From Alphaproteobacteria bacterium (GTDB taxonomy: Bacteria; Pseudomonadota; Alphaproteobacteria; UBA828): 64,000 nucleotides of DNA. The notes beneath the pieces are model-generated. The model had not been told where the DNA came from. It worked only from the letters and a program-made list of their open reading frames with translations, and made no database searches. Shown piece by piece: positions 1-10,640 of the stretch (position 1 is the first letter of the stretch; every line of letters starts with the position of its first letter). The stretch covers positions 32,001-96,000 of the forward strand of contig CAXXVO010000004.1 of assembly GCA_963422645.2 (NCBI GenBank), given 5' to 3'. A program made the position numbers and the translations under genes.

Positions 1-10
1 CAGGAACACG

Positions 11-1876
11 ATGGAATGGTTTCAGCTTCTCGATCTATGTCGCAGGCACGACACGGTTCTGGTTGAGGACTGCCACATCTACTGCCCGAGCCGGGACGAC
101 GACTCCCTTGTCCTGGGGATCAAGGGAACCGTGAGCGCCGCTGAGCTGTCTCTTATTCGCGCCCGGATGGAGGGCGGAAAGCGGAACAAGGCGCTTCGTG
201 GCGAGTTGTACTCGCGCGTTCCGATCGGATTTGTGCGGGATGGCTCGACTTTGCGGAAGGATCCGGATGCCCGGGTTCAGGCGGCGATTGCAACGGTCTT
301 TGCGCGTTTTCGGCAAGCCGGTTCGGCCCGCCAGGCGACGATGCTGCTGCGTGAGGCGGGCGAGGATGTTCCCTCTCGCCGGCACCCGGGGGCAGCATTG
401 GAATGGGGCCCGGCGCGCTATGAACGGGTGTACCGCATCCTCACCAACCCGGCGATGGGCGGCGCCTATGCCTACGGCTTCAAACGCGGCGTTGGTCACG
501 GTGCGCCGCTGCGGCCGGTCCAGGAGCGCTGGGATATTCTTCAGCCGGAGAAGCATGAGGGATATGTCAGTTGGGCAGAATGGCTTGAAGTACAGGAGCA
601 GCTGGCCCGCAACCACATGGCTCCGGACGGAGCCCGCGGCGCGGCGCGGGAAGGGTCGGCTCTGCTCCAGGGTCTCGCGGTCTGCGGCGGCTGCGGATTG
701 CCGATGACCGTCTACTACAGCAAGACGGGCTGGGGGTATGAGTGCCGCAAGCGCGATGCTGCGCGCCGGCGCGGCGGTTGTTGGTCGACAGGCGGCAAGC
801 GCGTTGATGCGGAAGTTGCCCGTCTGTTTCTCGATGCGGTCACGCCGGCGGGGGTGGAGGCGGCCCGGCAGGCGGCTTGTGATGTTGCTGAACGCGGCCT
901 GCGCGCGTTGCGCCGTTGGGAGCTGGATCTTGAGCACTGCCGGTACGAGGCGCGGCTTGCCGAGCGGCGCTACAAGCAGGTCGATCCCGACAACCGTCTG
1001 ATTGCGGCAACGCTGGAGCGCGAGTGGGAGAAGGCGCTTCGCGCCGAGAAGGCTGCACAGGAAGCGCTTGAGGCGGCACGGGCGCGTCAGCCCGCGGCCC
1101 CTGCCCCGGCGGTTTTCGAGGGTCTCGGCGCGCGCCTGTCGCAGGTCTGGGGGGCGTCGTCGACGACCATGCGCGAGCGCAAGCGCCTGCTCGCCTGCCT
1201 CCTCGACGAGGTGACGATCGAGCTTGCGCGACAGGAGCGTGAGATCATGGCAACATTGCGCTGGCGTGGCGGGCAGATCGACGAGATCACTTTGCCGATG
1301 CTCGCGGGCTCTCCGACACCCCGGCGCGATGAGCGCAGCACGGTCGAGCTCGTGCGCAAGCTGTCATGCTTTTACAACGACCGGGAGACCGCGAAGGTTC
1401 TCACCCGCCAGGGACGGCGCACAGCACGGGGTCTGGATTTCACGGCCGAGCTTGTTGGCAGCCTGCGTCGCCGCCATGGCATTGCGCCCTACCAGCCCGA
1501 CGGGGACGAGCCGGTGCTCATGGGCGTTGCCGATGTGGCGAAGGAGATCGGAGTCTCGGATGACACCATCTATCGCTGGATCCGCGAGGGGCTGGTTCCG
1601 GTTGCCCAGCCCGATATCGAAGGTGCTCCTCTTCGGATCCGGATGACCCCGACCTTGCGCGAGCGCTTTCGTGAGGCGCCTCCGGAGGGGTTTGTTCCCC
1701 TCGCTGTGGCAATGGATCGTCTGGGTGTCACGCGGCAGACGGTCTGGGAACGGATCAAGGCGGGCAGGCTGGACAGCTGCCATGTGACCCGCGGCAAGAC
1801 GCGCGGACTGTATGTGCGTTTGCCGGTCGAGGACGAACTGCCGCTGCTGCGCGGGCTCAACGGTGATGGGGGGTGA
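11..1876 (+). CDS. Large serine recombinase (recombinase + Zn-ribbon + C-terminal HTHs), 5' end probably outside window
   Basis: LVLGIKGTVSAAELSLIRARM resolvase helix, ILTNPAMGGAY recombinase domain, LLQGLAVCGGCG..YEC Zn ribbon, VDPDNRLIAATLEREW coiled coil, MerR-like HTH (VADVAKEIGVSDDTIYRWIREG). Confidence 0.9.
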   Translation: MEWFQLLDLCRRHDTVLVEDCHIYCPSRDDDSLVLGIKGTVSAAELSLIRARMEGGKRNKALRGELYSRVPIGFVRDGSTLRKDPDARVQAAIATVFARFRQAGSARQATMLLREAGEDVPSRRHPGAALEWGPARYERVYRILTNPAMGGAYAYGFKRGVGHGAPLRPVQERWDILQPEKHEGYVSWAEWLEVQEQLARNHMAPDGARGAAREGSALLQGLAVCGGCGLPMTVYYSKTGWGYECRKRDAARRRGGCWSTGGKRVDAEVARLFLDAVTPAGVEAARQAACDVAERGLRALRRWELDLEHCRYEARLAERRYKQVDPDNRLIAATLEREWEKALRAEKAAQEALEAARARQPAAPAPAVFEGLGARLSQVWGASSTTMRERKRLLACLLDEVTIELARQEREIMATLRWRGGQIDEITLPMLAGSPTPRRDERSTVELVRKLSCFYNDRETAKVLTRQGRRTARGLDFTAELVGSLRRRHGIAPYQPDGDEPVLMGVADVAKEIGVSDDTIYRWIREGLVPVAQPDIEGAPLRIRMTPTLRERFREAPPEGFVPLAVAMDRLGVTRQTVWERIKAGRLDSCHVTRGKTRGLYVRLPVEDELPLLRGLNGDGG

Positions 1877-2051
1877 CCATGCCCGGACCGTCAGGCAAAA
1901 CGCCCGATGCAGATCCGCACCTCCAACGTGCGATACTGGAAAATCACGTCCGGCACGATGTAAAGGTCGCCGCGGCGGCAACAACGGAATCCAAACCGCC
2001 TTTTCTATCAATGCGGTAGAAACGCCCGCCCACCTGCACAACGGAGAAGCA

Positions 2052-2781
2052 TTATGAAGCCTTCATCTCCACCAGAACCGGGCGCGCTCCGAAGCGCGCC
2101 TCCCAGTCGCCGGGCAGCTGGCGCAGCGCCATCGACAGCGCTTTCGACGCCAGGTTGTCGACCCGGACCCAGGGAAAGATCAGGAAACGCGTGTGACCCA
2201 CGACCAGATCGAGGTGCTTGCGGAAGCCTTCCGCCGGCCACCCGATCCACTCGTCGCGGCAGGGCACCGCGCGCGACGCCCGGGCAAACAGAAGGCAGCC
2301 CAGAGGCCGCCCGTGGCGGTCCAGGAGAAAATAGCGCAGATGCGCGCCGACCAGACGATGCAGCCCGAGATAGTGGTGGCGCGCGACGAACTCGTTCCAC
2401 AGCCCGCCCTCCTCCTTGCCCGCCGCAATCGACAGGCGCAGCGGCATCAGCGCGGCCAGGTCCTCCGCGATCGCCGCGGCCGGCGCCGTCCGCTCGCTCC
2501 GGGCCATCGCCTCCTGCGGCCCCCGCACCTGCGCCTCGTCCCGCGCCGGCAGGGTCAGGATGCCCAGCCGCTCCAACTCCTCCAGCATCCGCAGGCAGAC
2601 CGCGACACGGTTCCGCCCGCTCGGCGCGCGCCAGTTCAAATGCTCGCAGATCGTGTGCCCGAGCTCGTTGCGGCTGATCGCCGGAAACAGCGCCACCGTC
2701 TCCTGGATGTCGGCAATCTGCCGGCGGGTCAGACGTCTGCCGAAAAAGGTCGTCGACTTCAGCGCGGTGATGCGGGGGTCC
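2052..2781 (-). pseudogene. DUF4338 (DruA-like) domain protein of an IS, 3'-truncated
   Basis: WNEFVARHHYLG, RDEWIGW, RFLIFPWVRVDNLASKAL and YGxRPVLVE-type motifs; sequence diverges right after PVLVE (~2065), where the recombinase element abuts. Confidence 0.8.
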
Positions 2782-2952
2782 ATGGGCCGGCTCCACTGAC
2801 AGGGGGACAGCCACAGTGTGCCAAAGCACACGCCGCCGGTCAATCCCCCTCGTGCGGGAAACGCCGAGACCGACAATCCACACAAGAAATCAACTCGTTA
2901 CGACACCACCAAAAAACCCCGGAACAATCTTCGCGCCAAATGAATGCCATTG
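2066..2952 (-). mobile_element. Left part of a DUF4338-carrying IS inserted in sthA
   Basis: Terminus CAATGGCATTCATTTGG (minus strand, from 2952) abuts sthA codons GCC GGC CAT exactly. Confidence 0.6.
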
Positions 2953-4311
2953 GCCGGCCATCGGGCAGCGATACAGGCGGCGAAGCTCGGCAAGAAAACA
3001 GCCGTCGTGGAACGTCAAGCGGTTGTCGGCGGTGCATGCATCAACACTGGCACCATCCCGAGCAAGACGCTCCGGGAGGCGGTACTGCATCTCTCCGGCT
3101 ACCGGGAGCGCAATATCTACGGCGCCTCCTACCGGGTGAAGAAGGATATTTCGATGGCGGACCTGCTGGTCCGCACCGACAACGTCGTCGCCCACGAGCT
3201 CGACGTGAACCGCCATCAGCTACTACGCAACCAGGTCGAACTGCTGCAGGCAGAAGCGGCCTTCGTCGACCCGCACAGGCTGCGTCTTGCCGGCCTCGAC
3301 GGGCGGGGAAACTGGGAAGTCACCGCCGACCGGATCGTCATCGCCGTCGGCACGACGACGACGCGCGAGAGCCATGTCGATTTCGATGGTCAGCAGATCT
3401 TCACCAGCGACGAGATCGTGACCCTGAAGAGGCTGCCGCGCTCGCTGATTGTCATCGGCGCAGGTGTCATCGGCCTCGAATACGCGACCATCTTCGCGGC
3501 ACTCGGTGTCAGGGTCACCGTTGTCGACAAACGGCCACGACTGCTGAGCTTCATCGACTTCGAGATCATCGATACGCTGGTCTACCAGATGCGGCAGAAC
3601 CGTATGACGCTGCGCCTCGGCGAAGAGGTCAGCAGCCTTGAGCGGCTGGACGGCAACAAGGGCGAGAAGGTTCGCGTGCATCTGGCCAGCGGCAAGCAGA
3701 TCCAGGCGGATTCCGCCCTTTACAGCATCGGCCGAACCGGCGCCACGAAGACGCTCGATTTGAGTGCGGCCGGGTTGAAGGCGGCCGATCGCGGCTTGAT
3801 CGCCGTCAACGAGTCCTTTCAGACCGAGGTTCCGCACATCTACGCGGTCGGCGACGTGATCGGCTTCCCGAGCCTGGCCTCCACGTCGATGGAGCAGGGC
3901 CGTATCGCCTCATGCCACGCCTTCGACGCGCCGGCGGAAAGCACCCCCAACCTGCTGCCCTATGGCATCTACACGATCCCGGAGATCTCAATCGTCGGGC
4001 GCAGCGAGGAAGAGCTGACCGACGCAGGCGTTCCCTACGAAGTCGGCAGGGCGGCCTACAACGAGATATCCCGCGGCCAGATCCTCGGCGACTCGGAGGG
4101 CATCCTGAAGCTGACCTTTCACCTTGAGACCCACGAGCTCTTGGGCGTCGCGATACTCGGCGAGGGCGCCACGGAGCTGATTCATATTGGCCAGGCGGTG
4201 CTCACGCACGGCGGCAAGATCGACTATTTCGTCGATACGGTGTTCAACTATCCGACATTGGCAGAGTGCTACAAGACAGCCGCCTTCGACGGAATCAATC
4301 GTCTCGACTGA
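2953..4311 (+). pseudogene. sthA: Soluble pyridine nucleotide transhydrogenase lacking its N-terminal GxGxxG start
   Basis: GGACINTGTIPSKTLREA, VIGAGVIGLEYA, GFPSLASTSMEQGR, VFNYPTLAECYK; begins at ..AGHRAA, mid-way through the FAD-binding motif. Confidence 0.9.
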
Positions 4312-4609
4312 ACAATAGTGGTAGGGCATTCGAGATGAGAGATGTCGCGCTAGTGACAGTCTGTCCCCGTGTCGCTATGTCGCGTCCTGCATAATCGCCT
4401 GTTGCAAAGCCATATTTCGTGGTTCGGCCACTCAACGGCGACAACGTCCACCCACAAACATGGCGCACACGCGAGCTCTCCTTGCTTGCCGCATTCCACA
4501 TGCGATGGCGCTTTCTATTCTATACTAACTCAATGCTACCGACCCAATGCACCACGGTCCGGAGTGTCGGAAGAGGCGTTGGACCGGGGCCGGCGGGGCG
4601 CGACGGCCC

Positions 4610-5425
4610 ATGATCTCATCCAGAACCGAGGCTGTCGAGACCGCGAAGCGCTATCCCTTCCCGCGGCCAGGGTATTCCTTCCTCTATGTGGACGGCGAGG
4701 CGTGGCGCCTGCTCTCGCTCGGCGACGCGCTGGAAGACGCGGAGGTCGAAGTCGACGGGCGGTGCGTACCAGCAGGCACCCTGCTGCGGCAAATCGGGAT
4801 CGCCGCCCCGGTGCCGCTCAGCCAGCGCACGCCGGTGCTGGCCTACGGCGCCAACGCCGCGCCCGAGCGACTGCAGCGAAAGTTCGGGCCCGTCGGGCCG
4901 GCGGTGTTTCCGGTCCTCCAGGCGAGGCTCCATGGCTTCGATGTCGTCCACGCCGCCCACATCTCCAGCTACGGCGCGGTGCCGGCGACCATCGCCCCCT
5001 CCCCCGGCACGGTCTGCGACATCGCCATCACCTGGCTCGACGCGCGCGAGCTCGCGCGCATGCACCAGACCGAGTTCCGCCGCCACACCTACCTCTTTGG
5101 CCCCCTTCGAAACATCCGGCTCGAGCCCAACCTGCTGCCGCCCATGGAGACGGTGAGCACCTATGTCGGCGGCTACGGCCACATCGCGCCGGAGGGCGCC
5201 CCGCTCGCGCTCGCGGCCATCCGGGCCGAGGGCCGGCGCTTCCGCACCTGCTCGCAGACGGAGGCGCTACGGGCGATACAGGCCATGCTCGGCGTGCCGG
5301 GGCCGTTGGACGACTTCATCCTGGGTGCCGTCGACAACGAGGCAGTCAGACTCGAGCGCACAGCGCGGCTCAGGGCGCAAGCGCAGCCCTTCTCCTACGC
5401 GGACTTTTCGCTTACGGCGAGTTGA
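4610..5425 (+). CDS. Hypothetical protein, gamma-glutamylcyclotransferase-like
   Basis: PVLAYGANAAPERL resembles the GGCT (F/L)AYGSN motif; GC3-biased ORF. Confidence 0.55.
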   Translation: MISSRTEAVETAKRYPFPRPGYSFLYVDGEAWRLLSLGDALEDAEVEVDGRCVPAGTLLRQIGIAAPVPLSQRTPVLAYGANAAPERLQRKFGPVGPAVFPVLQARLHGFDVVHAAHISSYGAVPATIAPSPGTVCDIAITWLDARELARMHQTEFRRHTYLFGPLRNIRLEPNLLPPMETVSTYVGGYGHIAPEGAPLALAAIRAEGRRFRTCSQTEALRAIQAMLGVPGPLDDFILGAVDNEAVRLERTARLRAQAQPFSYADFSLTAS

Positions 5426-5428
5426 CCG

Positions 5429-6322
5429 TCAGCCAATGCCCTGCGCGGCGACGATGCCGGCGAAGAGAGCGAGGCCGACCAGGCTGTTGTTCTTGAATTT
5501 CGCGAGGCAGTCGGGAGGGCTGTCGATGCGCACGCGCAGCGCCTGCCAGGCGAGCAGGAGCGCGGCCACCGCCACGCCAACGAAGTAGGGCCAGGCCACC
5601 TGCGCCGCCACGCCCGCCCCGGCGAAGCCCGCCACCGCAGCCACGTAGAACGCGATCAGGAAGGGCCTCGTCCGCTGGCCGAGCGCGAGGGCGCTGGACT
5701 TCACCCCGATCAGCAGGTCGTCCTCCTTGTCCTGATGGGCGTAGATCGTGTCGTAGCCGAGCGTCCAGGCGATGCCGCCGGCGTAGAGCAGCCCCGCCGG
5801 CCAGCCGATGCCGCCCTCCACCGCCGCCCAACCCAGCAGCGCACCGTAATTAAACGTAAGTCCCAGAAAGGCTTGCGGCCAATAGGTGATGCGCTTCATC
5901 AGGGGATAGAGCGCCACCAGCAGCAGCGAGCCCGCCCCGAGCAGGATCGCGAAGAGGTTGAGCTGGAGCAGGATGGCAAGGCCTGCGGCCAGCAGCACCG
6001 CCATGAAGGCGACGGCCCCCTTCACCCCGATGGCGCCGGAGGGTAGCGGGCGCCGGCGGGTGCGCTCCACGCGGGCGTCGAAGTCCCGGTCGAAGATATC
6101 GTTGAGTGTGCAGCCGGCGGCCCGCATCACGAAGGCACCGGCGGTGAAGAGCGCCAGCAGGCCGATATCCGGCAGGCCGTCGGAGGCGAGGCCTATGGCC
6201 CAGAGGCAGGGCCAAAGCAGGAGCCAAACACCGACCGGCTGGTCCAGCCGCGCCAGCGCGACGAAGGGGCGCGCGAAGGGCGGCATCGCCCGCTCGACCG
6301 GCCCAGGCCCTCTAGCCTGCAT
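5429..6322 (-). CDS. ubiA: 4-hydroxybenzoate polyprenyltransferase
   Basis: RLDQPVGVWLLLWP, NDIFDRDFDARVERTRRRPLPSG, YDTIYAHQDKEDD. Confidence 0.95.
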   Translation of the reverse strand: MQARGPGPVERAMPPFARPFVALARLDQPVGVWLLLWPCLWAIGLASDGLPDIGLLALFTAGAFVMRAAGCTLNDIFDRDFDARVERTRRRPLPSGAIGVKGAVAFMAVLLAAGLAILLQLNLFAILLGAGSLLLVALYPLMKRITYWPQAFLGLTFNYGALLGWAAVEGGIGWPAGLLYAGGIAWTLGYDTIYAHQDKEDDLLIGVKSSALALGQRTRPFLIAFYVAAVAGFAGAGVAAQVAWPYFVGVAVAALLLAWQALRVRIDSPPDCLAKFKNNSLVGLALFAGIVAAQGIG

Positions 6323-6806
6323 TTCTCACCACCAACACGGTTGGGCGCGCCGTCGCGCATAACCATTTCATTTCAATAGCTTGGGAGAAGACACGAGCGT
6401 GCGCCCGACGCCGGAACGAGGAAAATAATCACCCAGTAACCACCCCGAAGTAAACTCCAGACCACTCCTGACCTCAAAAGCCCGCGGAAACCCCGGCAGC
6501 GGGATCGCCGCCCCGTCCTCCGCAGCCGCGCACGGCCCAGCCATGCCGTCGCCCATCCGGGCCTCGGCGGCGCCGCAGGGCCGCCCGGCCCGGCGGCGTG
6601 CGGCCCCCCGCCTTCAACCCGCATCACGATCCTTGCTCCGCGCCGGCGCCCTCACGCCGGCAGGAGGGAGAGCCCGGCCTGAAGCGGGGCGCGGCGTGCG
6701 GCGTCCGGCGAGAGGCGTCCTCGCCGCTTCCACTCACAGGCTAGCGGGAGGCGGCACATGCAGATCAACGGCACACTCCATGGAAACGCCCGAACCTACC
6801 TCACCC

Positions 6807-8131
6807 CACTAGTGTCCCATTAAAACTACAATAGAATCAGTTGCTTATCTTCGCGGCTCTGGCCCACCGGGAGTGCCTTATGCGTAAGTAGCGCATTGAG
6901 CGGGATTTTTTCGAACAGGGTGAGGCTCAGGGTCTGTAGAATTGTGTAGAGGCTGGCATCGAGTCTCAACCTCTTCTTGATGATGGCAATCAGGACGTAG
7001 ACGGAGACTGCGATCCAGATTTGGGTCTTTACGGCATTTTCGGAGGTGCCGAAGAAGGCCTTGATGCGGAGGTTTTGCTTGATCCATTTGAAGAAGAGTT
7101 CGACCTGCCAGCGATAGCGGTAGAGCTCTGCGACGGTGAGGGGCGGAACAGCGAAGTTGTTGGTCAGGAAGTTGAAGGTCTTGTTGGTTTCAGTATCCTT
7201 GTAGCCGACCCTGCGGAGCGGCTTTGGGTAGCGGCTTTTGCTCGCCTTTCCGGTCAGGACGATGGTTTGATCGCAACGCAGTCCGGCGTCTTTGTCGACG
7301 GTACGGGAGTATTGGCGCCGGTATTTCGTGTTGGCCTTTGCGCGGATGACGAAGAAGCTTCCCGCCATATCCAGGGCGTTGAGGCGCTTGAAGTCGAGGT
7401 AGGCGCGATCCATGATGTAGAAGGCGCCGGGCTCCGGAATGATGATGTCCAGGACATTCACATCGCCGAGCTTGCCGTCGGAGATGTGAATGAAGGCCGG
7501 GATACTGCCCTGCAAGTCAAGGAGAGTGTGAAGCTTGACGGCCGACTTGGTTGAGCGGAACAGAGCCCAGGGGAAGACCGACAGGCACAGATCGATGGTC
7601 GACGCGTCGAGAGCGTACACGGTATTGTCGAGTTGAAGACCGAGGTCCTCGCCGGCATAGAGTGGGCGTGCGATGTCGATCAGTTCCTGGGCGAACTCGG
7701 CATAGATGCGCCAGTCGCGTTGCGCGTTGGCGTTCGCTAAAGTGTTGCGCGAGACCGGTCCCCGAATTCCCATGTGATAAAGCTTGTTATTCTGGGCACG
7801 CAGACAAATCTCGATGTCGCGCAGGCTTTCTCGATAGGACAATTGTGCGAAGGCCATGCAGAAAAACTGGCTCAGGCATGAGAACGATTTGACGTACCGA
7901 TTACCATCGTATTGTTCGACGCATTTGCGGAACGAATGCAGGGGCAGATGGTCCATCACCTGCGAGAAGACAAGTTGTCCCGTGGACATGACCGGGCTCC
8001 CTCTGGATCGGAGAACCCAGCCTCGGCACTCGCGCCGGCCACTTCAAGTCGGTAACAGCGCGAAATGGCGCTTAATCGCGCTTTGTCAATAACTTAACAA
8101 GGGTCTCTCCAATTTTCTTGGGACACTAGTG
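6807..8131 (-). mobile_element. Complete IS4-family element (1325 bp)
   Basis: TIR CACTAGTGTCCCA at both ends; 9-bp TSD ACCTCACCC at 6798-6806 and 8132-8140. Confidence 0.95.
6826..7989 (-). CDS. IS4-family transposase (DUF4372-type N-terminus)
   Basis: YALDASTIDL, MDRAYLDF, YRYRWQVELFFKWIKQ (YREK-like motif). Confidence 0.95.
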   Translation of the reverse strand: MSTGQLVFSQVMDHLPLHSFRKCVEQYDGNRYVKSFSCLSQFFCMAFAQLSYRESLRDIEICLRAQNNKLYHMGIRGPVSRNTLANANAQRDWRIYAEFAQELIDIARPLYAGEDLGLQLDNTVYALDASTIDLCLSVFPWALFRSTKSAVKLHTLLDLQGSIPAFIHISDGKLGDVNVLDIIIPEPGAFYIMDRAYLDFKRLNALDMAGSFFVIRAKANTKYRRQYSRTVDKDAGLRCDQTIVLTGKASKSRYPKPLRRVGYKDTETNKTFNFLTNNFAVPPLTVAELYRYRWQVELFFKWIKQNLRIKAFFGTSENAVKTQIWIAVSVYVLIAIIKKRLRLDASLYTILQTLSLTLFEKIPLNALLTHKALPVGQSREDKQLILL

Positions 8132-8546
8132 ACCTCACCCACCTGTTCGGGCAAGGGCTCGATGACCAGCGCTACGTGGTCGAGCGGTACCTGTCCGACT
8201 ACTAGGGCCAGATCCGGCCCTGGCGGCCCGGCAAGGGATCGAAGGGCGGACGCAAGCAGGCGCGCAAGGCGATGAGCTTGCGGGCCGTTCAGCGGCTGCG
8301 GCCCGAGCGCCACGAGGTCATCGTCTGCACCGGGGTCAACCTGACGGACTCGGGCATGCAAATGTGGGGGAGCTACGCGGCGGGCATTTTCGTCGACGCC
8401 CGGCGCCGCTGATCCACCGTCGGCGGGGTGTCCGCTGCGGGCGCCCCGCCGCCTCTTCGTCTCTCCCTGCCGTCTTCAACGACCGGGCTCGCCATGGCAC
8501 GATGCGTCTCGATCCCCGGCATCAGCCCTCTATCCCGGACACGACC

Positions 8547-10640
8547 ATGCCCGAAGCCGATCTTCTGCAAGCCTGCCTCGACGAGCTCGACGGCTTCGAC
8601 GACTTCCTCGACCGAAGGGAGCTGGCGGAGCAGCACGCGCCGGTGCTTCTCGGCAGGACGGGCATGGCTTCCATGCTCGCCGCCCGCATCGCGCGGACCG
8701 CGGACTCGGAGCGCAACGCTCCGCTCGACCTGTTCGGGGTCCTGGTCGAACGGGCGCAACGCGATGCCGAGAACCGACGCCGCTTCGGCGAGCCCTTCCT
8801 CGCCGAGGCGCGCGGCGCCATCGATACCCTGGCCGCCCGCGGCGACCTCCCGGACCACGCCGCGCTCGGTCTGGCACGCGCCTTCATCCGCGCAGGCCTG
8901 GATGCGCCGGAATGCCTCTTCCCGATCTTCGCCGGCGAACCCGGCACCGGCCAGGCGCTTGCCGCGTTTCCCGGCCTGCTGGACGGGGAGATCGACCGTC
9001 TCGCGCGCCATGCGGGCGGCGACGATCATCTGCTGCACGACCTCCTCGCCAACCTGATGGCGGTCCTTCCGTCCGAGTTCAGGCCGACCTTCGTCCACCA
9101 TGTTTCGGGGCGCGAAGAGGAGCGGTACGGCCGCGCCGCCCTCTACTGGCTGCTGGACCGCTCGCCCGAGGTTCGCCTGGCGGCCGCCAGCGGCCTCTCC
9201 GGCCGGGTGCGGGGCGACGCCATGGAGCCCGCCCTGCCGGCGCTCGTGCCGCTCATCCGGAACTGGATGCCGGCGGATTCCGCGCGTCCCTTGCTGGATA
9301 CCGCCCTGCGCGAGACCCGGCTGCGGGGCCGCTTCCACCCGATGGCGCGCCCCGCGGGCCGTCCGACGCGTTTCCTCGCCGCCCTGCCGGCCGGCTCGAG
9401 CATGCAGCATCTCGCCGCCATGCTCGACCCTGCGGACGGACCCGCTTGCGCGGTGGTGGTGGTCAAGGCCGGCCACGGCGTCACCATCGCGCGCATCTTC
9501 CGGGACGACGAAGCCCTGAGTGCCGCGTGCAACCTGGAGGACGAGCTGGGGGCGCTCGACGTACCGTTCGAAGCCTTCGAGACCGCGCTTTCCGCCGCGC
9601 TCGCGGACGGACTTGCCGAAGGGCGGCCTCCACCGGCCTATCTGATCGACGTCGCCGCCGGCTTTGGCCTTTCCGAGCTGCGCCCGCGGGCGATGACGGC
9701 GCCCGACTGGCTCACGGAACTCGACCCGGGAGGCGCGATCGCCGGCCTGCCCGACGCGGAGCGGGACGAGCTGATCCGCCGCAGCTCTGCGTGGCCCGAC
9801 GACCGGCCGATCATGGACACATGGTTCGAGGGCACGGCGCTGCTGGACGAATCGCTGAAGGCCGCTGACGGTCCACGGCAGACGCTCGAAGCTTTCCGGG
9901 CGCGCCTCGAAGAGAGGCGCGGCGACTGGGCCCTTCTCGTGCTGCGCGCCGCCCATGTCCTGAAGGCCGCCGGCGACGCCGACTGGCGCTCCTTCGCCGC
10001 CGTGGCCTCGGCCCTGCTCGACGGACGCGCGCTCAAGGGCATCCCGATCATGGATAGCATCTTCCTCGCCACCGTCGACGCCTGGCACGAGGAGGAACGC
10101 CGGCTTCGCGCCGGCGACGCAGGGCGTCCGGACCCGTTGGCCGCCCTTGCCGAGGCGGCGGCGTGGCCGGAGGGGGACCTGCATTGCGCTGCTTCGCTGG
10201 CCTGGCTCGACGGCTACGTCGCGGCCGCGGTGCTCGCGCCCCGGGAGCCCCGTCCCGCGGAATGGCTGCACGCGCTCGCGGACGGGGTCCGGGGCATCGG
10301 CGGCGAGGGGACCGGGGAGTTCCTGCGCCGCGCACCGGAGCGCCACAACGAGTTCGACCGCGGTATCGGAGAGAGCGGCTTCGCCGCGGACGCGCTCGCC
10401 GCTCTCGGCGACGGCGAGCTGACGACCTGGGCGCGAGGATTCGCTCAGGGGGTGCGCATCCTCGACGACGACTGGCCGAGAGACGAGCTCGAAATCGAGG
10501 ACTACCCCGCGCTGTCCCTGCTCACCGCTCTCGCCGGCGGCGAGCCGTCCGGCCCCGCGGCTCGCGCCGATCTCCCGATCTTCTTCGAACGGAGGAAGCG
10601 GATGCGCGTCTCCTCCCTCAACCTTCCCAACGAGGCCTAG
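8547..10640 (+). CDS. Large hypothetical protein with C-terminal UPF0149/YecA-like domain
   Basis: Long GC3-biased ORF; C-terminal WLDGYVAAAVLAP..P.EWL and WARGF motifs; start chosen at MPEADLL. Confidence 0.65.
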   Translation: MPEADLLQACLDELDGFDDFLDRRELAEQHAPVLLGRTGMASMLAARIARTADSERNAPLDLFGVLVERAQRDAENRRRFGEPFLAEARGAIDTLAARGDLPDHAALGLARAFIRAGLDAPECLFPIFAGEPGTGQALAAFPGLLDGEIDRLARHAGGDDHLLHDLLANLMAVLPSEFRPTFVHHVSGREEERYGRAALYWLLDRSPEVRLAAASGLSGRVRGDAMEPALPALVPLIRNWMPADSARPLLDTALRETRLRGRFHPMARPAGRPTRFLAALPAGSSMQHLAAMLDPADGPACAVVVVKAGHGVTIARIFRDDEALSAACNLEDELGALDVPFEAFETALSAALADGLAEGRPPPAYLIDVAAGFGLSELRPRAMTAPDWLTELDPGGAIAGLPDAERDELIRRSSAWPDDRPIMDTWFEGTALLDESLKAADGPRQTLEAFRARLEERRGDWALLVLRAAHVLKAAGDADWRSFAAVASALLDGRALKGIPIMDSIFLATVDAWHEEERRLRAGDAGRPDPLAALAEAAAWPEGDLHCAASLAWLDGYVAAAVLAPREPRPAEWLHALADGVRGIGGEGTGEFLRRAPERHNEFDRGIGESGFAADALAALGDGELTTWARGFAQGVRILDDDWPRDELEIEDYPALSLLTALAGGEPSGPAARADLPIFFERRKRMRVSSLNLPNEA

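Noticed and set aside
2052-2781. Druantia defence system (DruA/DUF4338)
   Set aside because: No other dru genes; context and terminus indicate an IS-borne DUF4338
6322-6334. CACCACCA resembling a tRNA 3' end
   Set aside because: No T-arm or cloverleaf; the upstream sequence is the ubiA coding region
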